Assembly: GCA_965279035.1 (NCBI GenBank)
Contig: OZ257142.1
Span: 2,688,001-2,752,000 of the forward strand
DNA: 64,000 bases
Source: Bacteroidia bacterium
GTDB taxonomy: Bacteria; Bacteroidota; Bacteroidia; M30B66
Direction: 5' to 3'
The notes under the pieces are model-generated. The model saw nothing but the letters and a program-made list of their open reading frames with translations. It did not search any database and was not told the DNA's origin. Position 1 is the first letter of the stretch, and the number at the start of each line of letters is the position of its first letter. The position numbers and the translations under genes are program-made. Positions 10,869 through 21,700 of this stretch are shown in pieces.

Positions 10869-13754
10869 CTATCTTCCTCCTGGAGGTGGACCCATTGGTG
10901 GACCTCCTGGACCGCCCGGACCACCATGAGGATCTGTCGGCATTTCAGGCATTTTCATTCCATTGAATTTTCGGAAAGTAAATGTGAAAGTGAGCATGAA
11001 ATAACGGTTTAAAACTTTAGTGCGATTGTCTTCAACATAAGTCTCAGTAATTGTTCTACTAATACTCGTATTTTGATTTAGTAAATCAAAAGCAGTTGCG
11101 CGAAGTTCTCCCGATTTTCCTTTGAGAAATTTATACCCAATTCCTGCATTCCAAAGCGTGAAATTCTGATTGAATCCACTTCCCAAACCATTATAACGTG
11201 AATGCGTAATTTCGGTATTTAAAACAAGACCTTTCCAAGGCAACCAATTCCATTTGAATCCTGCCGTTTGAACAACATAATTGTTATTGAGTGAAGGTTG
11301 CAAGGTGCTTTGAACCTCATTCCATCCTCCGTTATAACTCAATGTAAAATCGATTTTTTCGCTGATGTTACTTGCTACAACCACACCTCCATTGTACGTT
11401 GTAGTGCTGGTTTCATTTCTCAATCCATTTATTTCTCCCGGCTTTAAAGTATAATTCACTCCTCCTTGAATATTCAAGGTGCTTTTAATCCACTTAACTG
11501 GTAAAGAATAGGTGAGCAGAGAACTGAGATTCACATAGCCATTGAGATTGACAGGTCGCGTTAATTGTGAACCTTTTCGCAAATGAATTCCTGCAATGAG
11601 GGTGTCGTTATTGGCTAAAAAGGTGGAATTACCAATGTAATTATTGGTGAATGTGCTACTGATATTTGCAAAGAAAGCACGACTGCTTTTTAAGTTAGCC
11701 GTAGCGAATCGTGTACTAATCGATTGAGAATATTCCTGTTTAAGATTTGAATTACCTGTTGATAATTGAAGTGGATTACTATTGTCAACTACGCTTTGTA
11801 ATTGTGAAATAGAAGGAACATTGGTATTACTTCTGTAAAAAACTCGAATATTGGTTGAACTACTAAATTTATAATTCAACATAGCAAAAGGAACGATGTT
11901 GTTAAAGCTTCGTTTTATTGCAAATGCATGCGGATACGATTGATTTCCATCGAGAGTCACTTGCTGCATATTGGCATTAAAAACCATCATTAATTTTGCA
12001 GTTCGAATTCGAATTCCAGCTCCCCCTTTTTGAGTGGTTATCGTATTATCATAACGGTTCGACAACAAGGAATCGAGTGTAGAATATGAACCTGAAATTG
12101 CATTAAAACGATTGGTATATTTTAATGAATTATTCAAACTGAGCGATGGAGCATAATTCAAAAATAATTGAGCCACTTTCCCCAATGGCTCAGTATACAT
12201 GATGTTGGTAGAATATGTTTGAGCGTTCGTATAGGTATTGGATTGTTGTTTTAATACAATGGTTGTATCAACCAATCCATAAAAAGAATTTGAAGAACCA
12301 AGTCCCGACAAACCACTTTTTTCGGAATTATCCGAATTCAACGTGAGTGAAATTGTACGCCCAAACTTTTTGAATTTATGTCGAAGAAGCACATTATGAC
12401 TCATCGAATATCCCGAGTTTTGTGAGTAATTATTGGTGCTAGTTGCACTTATAGGATTGATAGAATTCCGAACAGTATTTCCATTCACATCACTACCATT
12501 TTGATTGGCTTGCCAGCTAATTCGCGGTGTATAAATAATGGAATTATTCGTGTCGAGATTAATTTCTACACGCAAATTCAAGCGGTGATTTAGATTATTG
12601 CTCCAACCTGTATTCGATTCGCTATACCGTTGATTGGTGCTGTCGTTTAAGTAATAATCCCGATCTACATTTTTGCTGGTTTTATTCGCACTATTATTAA
12701 AGAAATAACTACCACTTAATTTCACTTTTGGACTTAACGAATCGCTATAATTCAACCCTAACGAATGCGTTGTATTAATTCCGTTCGATTGTCCCACCAT
12801 AAAATTCGAAGGATCATTCGCTCCCGGAGCCATACCCATCATACGTCCAATTCCACCACCGCCCATTCCGCCGCCACCTTGTCCACCACTGCTTCCCATC
12901 ACACCTAACAAATCTTGATTCGAGAAATTTTGTTGATTCACATTGTTGCTTTGTCCAAGAATCGTAAACCGACGATTTCCCTTAAAATAATTCATGTTCA
13001 GCCCTGCATTGTATCGATCATTTGTTCCACCACCTGCGTACACTTTCCCAAATTGGGCATTCTTCATTCCTCTTCGCGTAATAACGTTCATAGTCTTTCT
13101 CGAATTCCCATCATCAAAACCACTAAACTGAGCTTGATCACTGAGTTTATCAAAAACTTGAATTTTATTCACCACTTCGGCAGGTAGGTTTTTTAATGCC
13201 ATCGAAGCATCGTCGCCAAAAAATTCCTTCCCGTCAATCAACACCTTCTTCACTTCTTCCCCACCCGATTTCACAACACCATTATCAACTGTAATTCCAG
13301 GCATTTTCTTCACTAAATCTTCGGCAGTTGCATCGGGATTTACTTTAAACGCATCGGCATTAATCTCCGTCGTATCGCCTTTCTGAACTGCTCGTTGTTG
13401 AGTTCCTTCCACTTCCAATCCTTTCAAATTACGCATCGTACTTTCTATTCCTCGAGTACCAATGTCTTTATCCTCGTTCATCCGAATTGGAAAACGCAAA
13501 CTCGCATAGCCAATAAATGAAATTTGAATTCGATACATTCCCATAGGAACATTCGGAATAACAAAATTTCCTTGGGCATCGGTCTGAGCTCCAGTAACCA
13601 ACACAGAATCAGGCAGTCGATACATCCCAACGTTTGCTCCAACAATGGATTCGTTTGTTGATTTATCTATAATGCGACCTTTTAGTTGAAACTGTTGTGC
13701 AGAAAGGGAAACAGCAAAAAGAAATAAAGAAAAAAAGAGAAAACAATGTTTCAT
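10869..13754 (-). CDS. Outer-membrane beta-barrel / TonB-dependent-receptor-like protein with carboxypeptidase-regulatory-like N-domain
   Basis: 961 aa. Signal peptide, LKGRIID...GANV N-domain, plug-like KGDT...AEDLVKKMPG...IDGKEFFG, terminal RYFMLTFTFTF strand followed by a Gly/Pro-rich tail. Confidence 0.85.
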   Translation of the reverse strand: MKHCFLFFSLFLFAVSLSAQQFQLKGRIIDKSTNESIVGANVGMYRLPDSVLVTGAQTDAQGNFVIPNVPMGMYRIQISFIGYASLRFPIRMNEDKDIGTRGIESTMRNLKGLEVEGTQQRAVQKGDTTEINADAFKVNPDATAEDLVKKMPGITVDNGVVKSGGEEVKKVLIDGKEFFGDDASMALKNLPAEVVNKIQVFDKLSDQAQFSGFDDGNSRKTMNVITRRGMKNAQFGKVYAGGGTNDRYNAGLNMNYFKGNRRFTILGQSNNVNQQNFSNQDLLGVMGSSGGQGGGGMGGGGIGRMMGMAPGANDPSNFMVGQSNGINTTHSLGLNYSDSLSPKVKLSGSYFFNNSANKTSKNVDRDYYLNDSTNQRYSESNTGWSNNLNHRLNLRVEINLDTNNSIIYTPRISWQANQNGSDVNGNTVRNSINPISATSTNNYSQNSGYSMSHNVLLRHKFKKFGRTISLTLNSDNSEKSGLSGLGSSNSFYGLVDTTIVLKQQSNTYTNAQTYSTNIMYTEPLGKVAQLFLNYAPSLSLNNSLKYTNRFNAISGSYSTLDSLLSNRYDNTITTQKGGAGIRIRTAKLMMVFNANMQQVTLDGNQSYPHAFAIKRSFNNIVPFAMLNYKFSSSTNIRVFYRSNTNVPSISQLQSVVDNSNPLQLSTGNSNLKQEYSQSISTRFATANLKSSRAFFANISSTFTNNYIGNSTFLANNDTLIAGIHLRKGSQLTRPVNLNGYVNLSSLLTYSLPVKWIKSTLNIQGGVNYTLKPGEINGLRNETSTTTYNGGVVVASNISEKIDFTLSYNGGWNEVQSTLQPSLNNNYVVQTAGFKWNWLPWKGLVLNTEITHSRYNGLGSGFNQNFTLWNAGIGYKFLKGKSGELRATAFDLLNQNTSISRTITETYVEDNRTKVLNRYFMLTFTFTFRKFNGMKMPEMPTDPHGGPGGPGGPPMGPPPGGR

Positions 13755-14016
13755 GAAAGGAAATCAAAAAAAGAAAAAACGCCAGTTAAATGAATTTCAA
13801 CATCACTAAAAACGAGCGCTAGTTGGGATTTGAAGCTGAAATCTCATGCTAGAATCAAATTCATATTTACAAATTAGCCAGCGAGAGAGTTTGAAAATGA
13901 ATAAAGGTTTAGTGTAAGCGATTGAATTATGCTGCGAATGTCAGTTTTACAAACAAAACCACCAAATCAATCGATCAGATATTCAAGCAAGAAGAAAATT
14001 AGGATTTGAAAACGAA

Positions 14017-14105
14017 TTTGGGCGGTGCACACGCTTTCTTTCCTAGTCCGGCAAACGCACAAACTACGCTCTTCGGGCTATCCAATCAATCGTTACCGCT
14101 TGCGT
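14017..14105 (-). ncRNA. Candidate structured RNA / repeat element resembling the Flavo-1 motif
   Basis: GC-richer intergenic patch. The minus strand reads GCGGTAACGATTGATTGGATAGCCCGA...CACCGCCCAAA, similar to the Flavo-1 pattern as I recall it (GCG..GATTG..GGAAAGCCCGA..CGCCC). Nested near-complementary segments are visible. Confidence 0.4.
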
Positions 14106-14122
14106 TTCATTGATAAAATCGA

Positions 14123-14551
14123 TTACAACTCATCTAAAAGCTCTAACAATTCAGTGAGTTCAGGAAATTCTTCAAAACTATCTTCACGCTCTTCCAATTC
14201 TTTCCTGATTTTATTTTTGATGTTATCAGTAAAAATGAATGAGATTAGTCCTGTTTCATCCAACTCTTCCGTTAAACTTTGGTGAATTGAAAAGATAGAC
14301 TGAAAAACGATATTTTCATCTGGATCATGTAGTGCAGTGACAAGCAATTGCCCACTTTCTTTCATGGGAACAAAGGCTGCAAAATAGGTTATCCCCTCTT
14401 TCCACATTGCCGATCGCCCTGGCCATTCCAATAGTAAATCAGCCCATTCGGAGGGGTGTAACATGTATACATGGTCAATAGCGGCATCCGGGTATTCCAG
14501 TCCGTTGACAACATTTTCTTCATCAAGAAAAAAGGTGAGTGCTTCTGACAT
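14123..14551 (-). CDS. Hypothetical acidic, alpha-helical protein (~142 aa)
   Basis: The track ORF 14123-14677 overlaps the upstream gene, so ATG 14551 (MSEALTFF) is the likelier start. One HEAT-like segment LLVTALHDPDENIVFQSIFSI. Confidence 0.65.
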   Translation of the reverse strand: MSEALTFFLDEENVVNGLEYPDAAIDHVYMLHPSEWADLLLEWPGRSAMWKEGITYFAAFVPMKESGQLLVTALHDPDENIVFQSIFSIHQSLTEELDETGLISFIFTDNIKNKIRKELEEREDSFEEFPELTELLELLDEL

Positions 14552-14628
14552 AACCAGTTTTAACTTGCTGAAAAATAGACAAAATCCCTTTGCAAAATCG
14601 ATTTTCTCGACCTTAAAAAAGCAAAATG

Positions 14629-15051
14629 CTATAAATGAAGACGTTCGAAATTCAATTCCATCATCCCCTCTTTCCAAATCTGTTCTCCTAAACGAATTAA
14701 AAGAGTGCGATCATTTTCATCAACACAGGCAAAAATATTGGCAGCATCCAAACCTTTTCCTTCACCATAATAAATCCCCATACAATTTGCCGTCTTCGTT
14801 CTATTAGGATGTACTGGACCATATACTACTTCACCAGGATGAGTAAATACACTGGCATTTTCTTGTATGATATCGAGTTGAGGAGCATCATCAATCCATA
14901 TTTCTTGTCCAGAAACACGTGCATGCATGAAAGTCCGTTTAAAAGGTAATAACGCATTAAATGCGTCACAGGTAACAGGAGCCTCTTTTAAATAATAGAA
15001 AAAGCGTATTTGAATTCCTGTTTGAGTTTTTAGTATAAATCCATTTTCCAT
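14629..15051 (-). CDS. DUF3830-family protein
   Basis: 140 aa. APVTCDAF..LPF...HARVSGQEIW...ENAS...PGEV..GIYYGEG pattern. Confidence 0.7.
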   Translation of the reverse strand: MENGFILKTQTGIQIRFFYYLKEAPVTCDAFNALLPFKRTFMHARVSGQEIWIDDAPQLDIIQENASVFTHPGEVVYGPVHPNRTKTANCMGIYYGEGKGLDAANIFACVDENDRTLLIRLGEQIWKEGMMELNFERLHL

Positions 15052-15061
15052 ATACGAATAA

Positions 15062-15589
15062 CTAAATTAATTCCCGTTTTATTGCTTCTATTGCTTTTAC
15101 TAAACCAACATAAAAATTCCCATTCTTAAATGGAGGTAGAATAAATTCATCAATAATATTTTGACATTTAACATTGGTCAATTTGTCTTCAATACCAATA
15201 CCTGTTGAAATTCTTATTTCACGTAATCCTTTACTAAATAAAATTAAAACGCCATCGTTTTTATTCTTATTTCCAATTCCCCATGTATTAAATAAACCAA
15301 TGGAATAGCTTGCTAAATCAGGTGATGGATTATAATTATCTATCGAAACAATGGCTATTTGTGCGCCTGTTTGTTTTTCAACATCCATAACCATCGAACC
15401 TAATTGAGCTTCTTCTTTATCTGTCAAAACACCTTCAAAATCATTTACAAATCCAACAGGTTTGGGAAAACTATCGAGTATTATGGAATAATTTGAATGA
15501 TATTTAATTGAATTTTCGTTCCGAAAAGAACCAAAAAACAAGATTAAAATAATTAGAAAAAATACAGATGATATACAGTGTTTAATCAT
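15062..15589 (-). CDS. TPM-domain protein
   Basis: GFVNDFEGVL, TGAQIAIV, LFNTWGIG..KNDGVLILF..REIRISTGIGIE, PPFKNGNFY. Confidence 0.88.
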   Translation of the reverse strand: MIKHCISSVFFLIILILFFGSFRNENSIKYHSNYSIILDSFPKPVGFVNDFEGVLTDKEEAQLGSMVMDVEKQTGAQIAIVSIDNYNPSPDLASYSIGLFNTWGIGNKNKNDGVLILFSKGLREIRISTGIGIEDKLTNVKCQNIIDEFILPPFKNGNFYVGLVKAIEAIKRELI

Positions 15590-15622
15590 TTAATTACGAA
15601 TTTATGGATTACTAAATACAAA

Positions 15623-16510
15623 TTATTTTTGTAAAAAGGAACCTAATTCTTCTATACTCTGTTTGGCTTCGGGCATAATGGTATGTAAAAACTGGAAAAC
15701 GTGAACCATTCCAGGCCAAAGTTGCATGTGAGCATCTACGCCGGCTTCGCGGGCTTTTTCTACAAATCGTATAGTATCACTCAAGAGCATTTCGCGTTCA
15801 CCCACATGAATTAATAAAGGTGGCAATCCTGATAAATCTCCGTACAGTGGAGAAGCTAATGGATGCTGTGGATGTGTGGTATTCAAATACCGGTTTGCCC
15901 ATACTTTCACCGCCGGAATTGTAAGCATTGGATCTTGATTTAAGTCGGCAGCATACGATTCTTCGGGCACGCTCAAATCGAGCCAGGGCGATAAAGCAAT
16001 TACTTTATTTGGATGAGGAATATCGAGTTGTTTTAAATAAAGCAATAGTCCCATACATAAACCACCACCCGCCGAATCGCCAGCTAATACTATCTTTTCA
16101 GGCGCATTTGATTTCAATAAAAACTGATAGGCTTTTAATCCATCTTCCAGTGCTGCAGGGAATGGATTTTCGGGTGCTAAACGATAATTAATTGCTAAAG
16201 TTTTCATTCCAGCTGCTCTACTCAATCGACCAATTAAACTACGATGCGTTTGCCAAGAACAAACACAATATCCGCCACCATGAAAATACAACATCACCTT
16301 ATTCGATAAAATCGTTTTAGGTTCAAACCAAGCAGCCTCCATTCCTTCCACTAATAATTTTTTGACTTTCACCTGAGGATCATCAGGAATCACACGCTTT
16401 GATAACCAATCGATCATGCCCAAACCACGCAACTCATCACGCGTACCGTTATAGGCAAGCAATTTAAAAATACGAGCACCTGGACTTAAAAAATTACCAA
16501 TGAGCGACAT
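15623..16510 (-). CDS. Alpha/beta hydrolase (HSL-family esterase)
   Basis: HGGGY, YRLAPENPFPA, GDSAGG nucleophile, GMVHVF. Confidence 0.92.
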   Translation of the reverse strand: MSLIGNFLSPGARIFKLLAYNGTRDELRGLGMIDWLSKRVIPDDPQVKVKKLLVEGMEAAWFEPKTILSNKVMLYFHGGGYCVCSWQTHRSLIGRLSRAAGMKTLAINYRLAPENPFPAALEDGLKAYQFLLKSNAPEKIVLAGDSAGGGLCMGLLLYLKQLDIPHPNKVIALSPWLDLSVPEESYAADLNQDPMLTIPAVKVWANRYLNTTHPQHPLASPLYGDLSGLPPLLIHVGEREMLLSDTIRFVEKAREAGVDAHMQLWPGMVHVFQFLHTIMPEAKQSIEELGSFLQK

Positions 16511-16534
16511 GGCTACAAGATTAATAAATTCAAT

Positions 16535-18361
16535 CTAACTTGATGCAATTCGTGAAAACAGGGCATCAACCCGTTTTTCAATTTCTGGATCAAGCTCTAA
16601 CACAGGAGCATGATGAGGCTTAATGCGAGCATCAATAATGAGTGATCCATTGCATCCCCAATGTTTGTTTTTCTGAAATGCATCCACTCCATATATATCG
16701 TGCGATGGATTGCTACGAGTAAACGTTACCCATACCCAATTGTTGAAAGTTGCAGCAATAAATTCCGCATCATCGCATACTACAATGAGTGGAAATGTTT
16801 TTTCTAATTCTACTGGAATTGCTGAAATAAGTCCTTGTATTTGTTGCTCAGCATCGGTATACGAAAGAAACTTTGGTCCACTAATAGCAAGCACTCCAGG
16901 CATCGCCACTTTCATCTTGCTGAATTTATCTGGTAATGAAAGAGCTGGGATTTGTTCTCCTAAATTTCGCCTCTTTTTTCCAGCTGCAGCCAAAACTAAT
17001 TTTGACCCGGTATTCAATCCATCACCACTATAATCGAGTGTATCGATACTGGTTTGGGTGTGAAAATGCAAATCGCGTTGAAGCTGAATGCGTTCTAAAA
17101 TATGACTAAAAAAAGCCTTTTCCTGATGTGTATCGAGAGCTGCATTGTCTTCTTTAGCTGCAATAAAAAGATATTTGGCTAAACTTAATTGTCCAGTACC
17201 TAAGATGTGATTTGAAATAGTTAAAATTTCAGCAGGGCGTCGATCTTCGGTTGAATAAGGTGTGTAACGTTCACTTCCAATAGCAAGCAATAAAGGATGA
17301 ACTCCTGCAGCATCAACTGCGTGAACATCATGCACGCCGGGCAATTCATCGCGAATAGCACCACCTGTCATATCATGGATGAGTGCACCAAAACTCGTGT
17401 CTTCTTGTGGTGGACGACCAACTACTGTAAATGGCCAAATCGCATGTTCGCGGTGATATACCTTTTTAACACGCATCATAGGGAAATCGTGCTTTAGGCT
17501 ATAATAGCCCAAATGATCTCCAAATGGTCCTTCAGGTTTATTTTCATTTGGATACACTTCGCCAGTAATAACAAAATCAGCTTCTGCATTCAAACAAAAT
17601 CCTTCTGAATCGTAGAAATAGCGAAAGCGTCGGTTATTCAGAGCACCAGCAAACGTCATTTCCGACATTCCCTCGGGCAAAGGCATCACAGCAGCGAGAA
17701 TATGTGCAGGAGGACCGCCAACAAAAATGCTCACTTTGAGCGGTAATCCTTTCGCATTGCTTTTAGATTGATGAACACCAATGCCCCGATGTAACTGATA
17801 ATGTAATCCAATTTCTTTATTGAGATTGTAATCATTTCCAGAAAGTTGTATGCGATACATGCCCAAATTGGCATTCATGATCCCGGGTTTGTCAATGTCT
17901 TCGGTGTAAACGGCAGGCAATGTTACGAAAGCACCACCATCGTTTGGCCAATGTTGGATAAGAGGCAAATCGCTAATTTGACATTCCTGAAAGCCGTGCA
18001 AACTGCCCGAACTCAATTTGCGAGGCAATGCTTTCAAGGCTAGAAAAGGCATTTTCCAATACTTCAATGGTTGCTTAAGCGCCGCCATCGGATTGGATTT
18101 TAGAGCAATCAATTGTTGAATATCAGCATAGGTATCCCGAAACATAAATTTGCTTCGCTCAACTGTCCCAAACAAATTAGACACAGCTGGAAATTTTGAG
18201 CCTTTTACTTTTTCAAAGAGAATGGCTTTTCCACCTTTGGCATATTCACGCAAATGAATAGAAGCCATTTCCAAGCTTGGGTCAACTTCTTCCTTAATAC
18301 GCAGAAGTTGACCACTTTGCTCCAGATCATTAATACATTCGTTAAGACTTTTATAGCCCAT
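16535..18361 (-). CDS. UbiD-family (prFMN-dependent) decarboxylase
   Basis: 608 aa with DGGAFVTLP, NLGMYR, EGPFGDHLGYY, TVVGRPPQED, DTLDYS. Confidence 0.9.
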   Translation of the reverse strand: MGYKSLNECINDLEQSGQLLRIKEEVDPSLEMASIHLREYAKGGKAILFEKVKGSKFPAVSNLFGTVERSKFMFRDTYADIQQLIALKSNPMAALKQPLKYWKMPFLALKALPRKLSSGSLHGFQECQISDLPLIQHWPNDGGAFVTLPAVYTEDIDKPGIMNANLGMYRIQLSGNDYNLNKEIGLHYQLHRGIGVHQSKSNAKGLPLKVSIFVGGPPAHILAAVMPLPEGMSEMTFAGALNNRRFRYFYDSEGFCLNAEADFVITGEVYPNENKPEGPFGDHLGYYSLKHDFPMMRVKKVYHREHAIWPFTVVGRPPQEDTSFGALIHDMTGGAIRDELPGVHDVHAVDAAGVHPLLLAIGSERYTPYSTEDRRPAEILTISNHILGTGQLSLAKYLFIAAKEDNAALDTHQEKAFFSHILERIQLQRDLHFHTQTSIDTLDYSGDGLNTGSKLVLAAAGKKRRNLGEQIPALSLPDKFSKMKVAMPGVLAISGPKFLSYTDAEQQIQGLISAIPVELEKTFPLIVVCDDAEFIAATFNNWVWVTFTRSNPSHDIYGVDAFQKNKHWGCNGSLIIDARIKPHHAPVLELDPEIEKRVDALFSRIASS

Positions 18362-18706
18362 AATTCAGAATTGGAGCAATATAAACACGAAAAGCGGGAA
18401 AAGGTGCGAGAAGAAACGAGATTTTTTTGAAACATAAAATAATCTGATTTGAATAAATAATTGAGAATACTAGTGGTGTATTCTTTCTTCATATAATAAA
18501 TGAATTTATCAAAGCTTGTATTTAAACATGTTATTTGATTTTTTCATCTATTAAAATATTAAATTGCAAAATAAAGATTCAACCATTATAAGAATTGAAA
18601 TCCTTTTTTTTCGGCTAATAGTTAAAATTTATCATAATTAATTTCGATATTTATCAATTAAAGAAACGAACCATCACTTTAACCAATGTTTCAAGCTTAA
18701 GTGTTT

Positions 18707-21700
18707 ATGAAAAAGTTCCAACTATTCATTCTATCTTATTTATTCCTCTTTTTTTATTCAACGAGTTGTATAGCTCAAACAGTTACTGTAACAAGCGGGT
18801 TTGCCGCATGGTTGCAAGGAAATGGATATGCAGGATGTTTATCTGGGAATGTATTGGATGGTTCTTGTCCTATTGTAATCAATACAACAAAAATTAATTG
18901 CAGTTCATACAATATTCAATCATTAGATGGCATTGAGTTATTTATTCATTTGGATACATTGATTGCGTCTGGATGTCAATTAAATTATATTAATTCATTA
19001 CCATATACCCTAACAAGATTAGACTTAAGCTCCAATTCTATTACATCGATTAATTCATTTTCTTACAACTTAAAATATCTCAATATATCAAATAATGATT
19101 TGACAGCACTACCTCAATTACCATCTAATTTAAAGCAATTGGATTGTCATTCAAATCAATTAACTTCAATACCTTCTTTACCTTCTGGACTTATAGAATT
19201 AAATGCATCCTACAATAGTTTAACCGATATAGGTACATTATCTGATTCTATTCAAATTGCCTATATTAATAATAATCAAATAACATCATTACCCAATCTA
19301 TCCAATACACTTGAATATATGTATTGTGATTATAACTCATTAACTACAATACCTGAAATAGGGAATAATATGATTAAATTTTATTGCTCAAATAATGTAA
19401 TAAATTCCCTTCCAGTTTTAAGTAATGCAAGTAGTTTAATTGAATTTAATTGTGCATCAAATTTACTTACTAGCCTTTCAGCACTTCCTAATTCATTAAT
19501 TAAACTATACTGTAATGATAATCAATTAATCTCATTACCATCATTACCGATGTCTTTACAAAGATTAGAATGTAGTCAAAACGACATTACTGCTTTACCT
19601 AATTTAGCGAATCTTAAGTACCTCTATTGCTCACAAAACCCATTATATAGTGGATTACCAACTTTACCGAATACATTACTAGAATTAGATTGTCAAGAAG
19701 ATTCACTTTCAACATTACCTACTTTACCTATAAATATTCAAAATCTAAATTGTAGTAATAATAATTTAACAAGTTTGCCTCAATTACCAGTATCATTGTA
19801 TGTTTTGAATTGCAGTTTTAATCAGATAACAAATTTACCAAGCATACCGACTTTACTTTTTAAGTTAAATTGTAGTCATAATGAATTAACGAATTTACCA
19901 AATTTACCTTCCGAATTATCCCAAATTCTTATAAATGATAATCCCAATATAATGTGCCTCCCAGCTATTGAAAAATTTAATGGGAATTCCTATAATTTTT
20001 CTATTACAAATACAGGTATTCATTGCTTACCAAATTATATTCAACATTATTACTCTTTACCATCAATTGATACACTTCCATTGTGTGGCATTTTTAGTAA
20101 TCCTGCAGGTTGTGAAATTGCTTGGAATATTGCTGGCAGAATTTATATTGATGAAAATTCAAATTGCTTATTCGATAGTGTAGAATTTAATATTAATCAA
20201 ATCAAAATGCAACTTGCCTTAGGAAGTACTGTTGTACAACAGGTATATTCCAATACTGCAGGATTTTACTCGTTTAATTCAGATTTAAATGAATATGAAA
20301 TAAAAATAGATACAACGGGACTTCCATTTAATGTTGTTTGTCCCAATTCAAATTCATATGTGACGAATCTATTTGGAATCGACACCTTAGATTTTAATGG
20401 GAATTTTGCATTGGAATGCAAACCTGGTTATGATTTGACCACACGCTATATTTCACATACATCTGGAATGTTTTTTCCTACAAATACAGCAACTGTAGTT
20501 TTTAGTGCAGGCGATTTAGCTCAATACTATGGCGTGAATTGCAATACAATAGGAGTTGCCGGAACCATCAAAGCTTGGTTTAGCGGACCTCAATCCTTTA
20601 CATATATTCCTTCAGGATGGACTCAAAATAATGATACCCTGACTTTGTCATTGAATGATATTAGCCAACTTAATTTAGAACAAGGATTCACATTAAGTTT
20701 TCTAACCGATACATTTCCACCAGCAGGATCTCAATTTTGCTTAACCGTTGAAATTCAAGCTAATGGAATAGACAATAATCCATTCAATGATACTACTATG
20801 CATTGTTTTGATGTAATAAATTCCTTTGATCCGAACTACAAAGAAGTATATCCATCCTATTCAGAACTTCCTGGAGAGTGGCATACCTATACGATTCATT
20901 TTCAAAACACAGGAACTGCAGCAGCACAAAATATACTGCTAAAAGATACACTTGATGTGAACCTTAATTGGGCTTCATTTGAAAAACTAGCATCGAGTCA
21001 TTCGGTATTTACACAAGTTTTAGAAAATGGGATTGTTCACTTTAATTTCCCACAAATCAATCTTCCAGATTCCACGAGCAATGAACCTGAAAGTCACGGG
21101 TGGGTTCAATACAGAATTAAAACCAACCAAAACCTAACAACTGCTACAACAATTCATAATAAGGCAGCAATTTATTTTGATTTCAATAGTCCCGTTATTA
21201 CGAATGATGCACAAATAAAATTTTGCACACCCTCCCAACAAAACAATACAATATTATTCTGTCAAGGAGATTCTGTTTTAATTGGAAATAGTTGGCATAA
21301 AGAAGAAGGAGTATATTCCTATCAATATAGTTCTATAAGTGGTTGCGATTCAACAATTAATACCATACTTCAATTTAGATCAACAAGTGGAAATATTGTA
21401 AATATTGCTTTGTGTCAAGGAGAAAGCATTACGTATGATGGAATTGTTTATGATACTGATGGTAATTATGAACGTAATTACACTTCTGCATTTGGATGTG
21501 ACTCACTTGTAACAATCTCCATTCATACAAATACAGATACATCTTCTACTGAGAATTTTATCTTTTGTGAAGGTGATAATATTTATGTGCATGGACATTA
21601 TTACTTTAATCCAACTTCTTTTATTACAAATTTTACATCTTCTTCTGGTTGCGATTCGGTTGTAACTACAATCATTGAGGAATTGCCTGTTGAATTTACC

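Noticed and set aside
10869-10960. Gly/Pro-rich tail after the last barrel strand as a novel domain
   Set aside because: Low-complexity tails of this kind are, to my knowledge, common in this Bacteroidota beta-barrel family.
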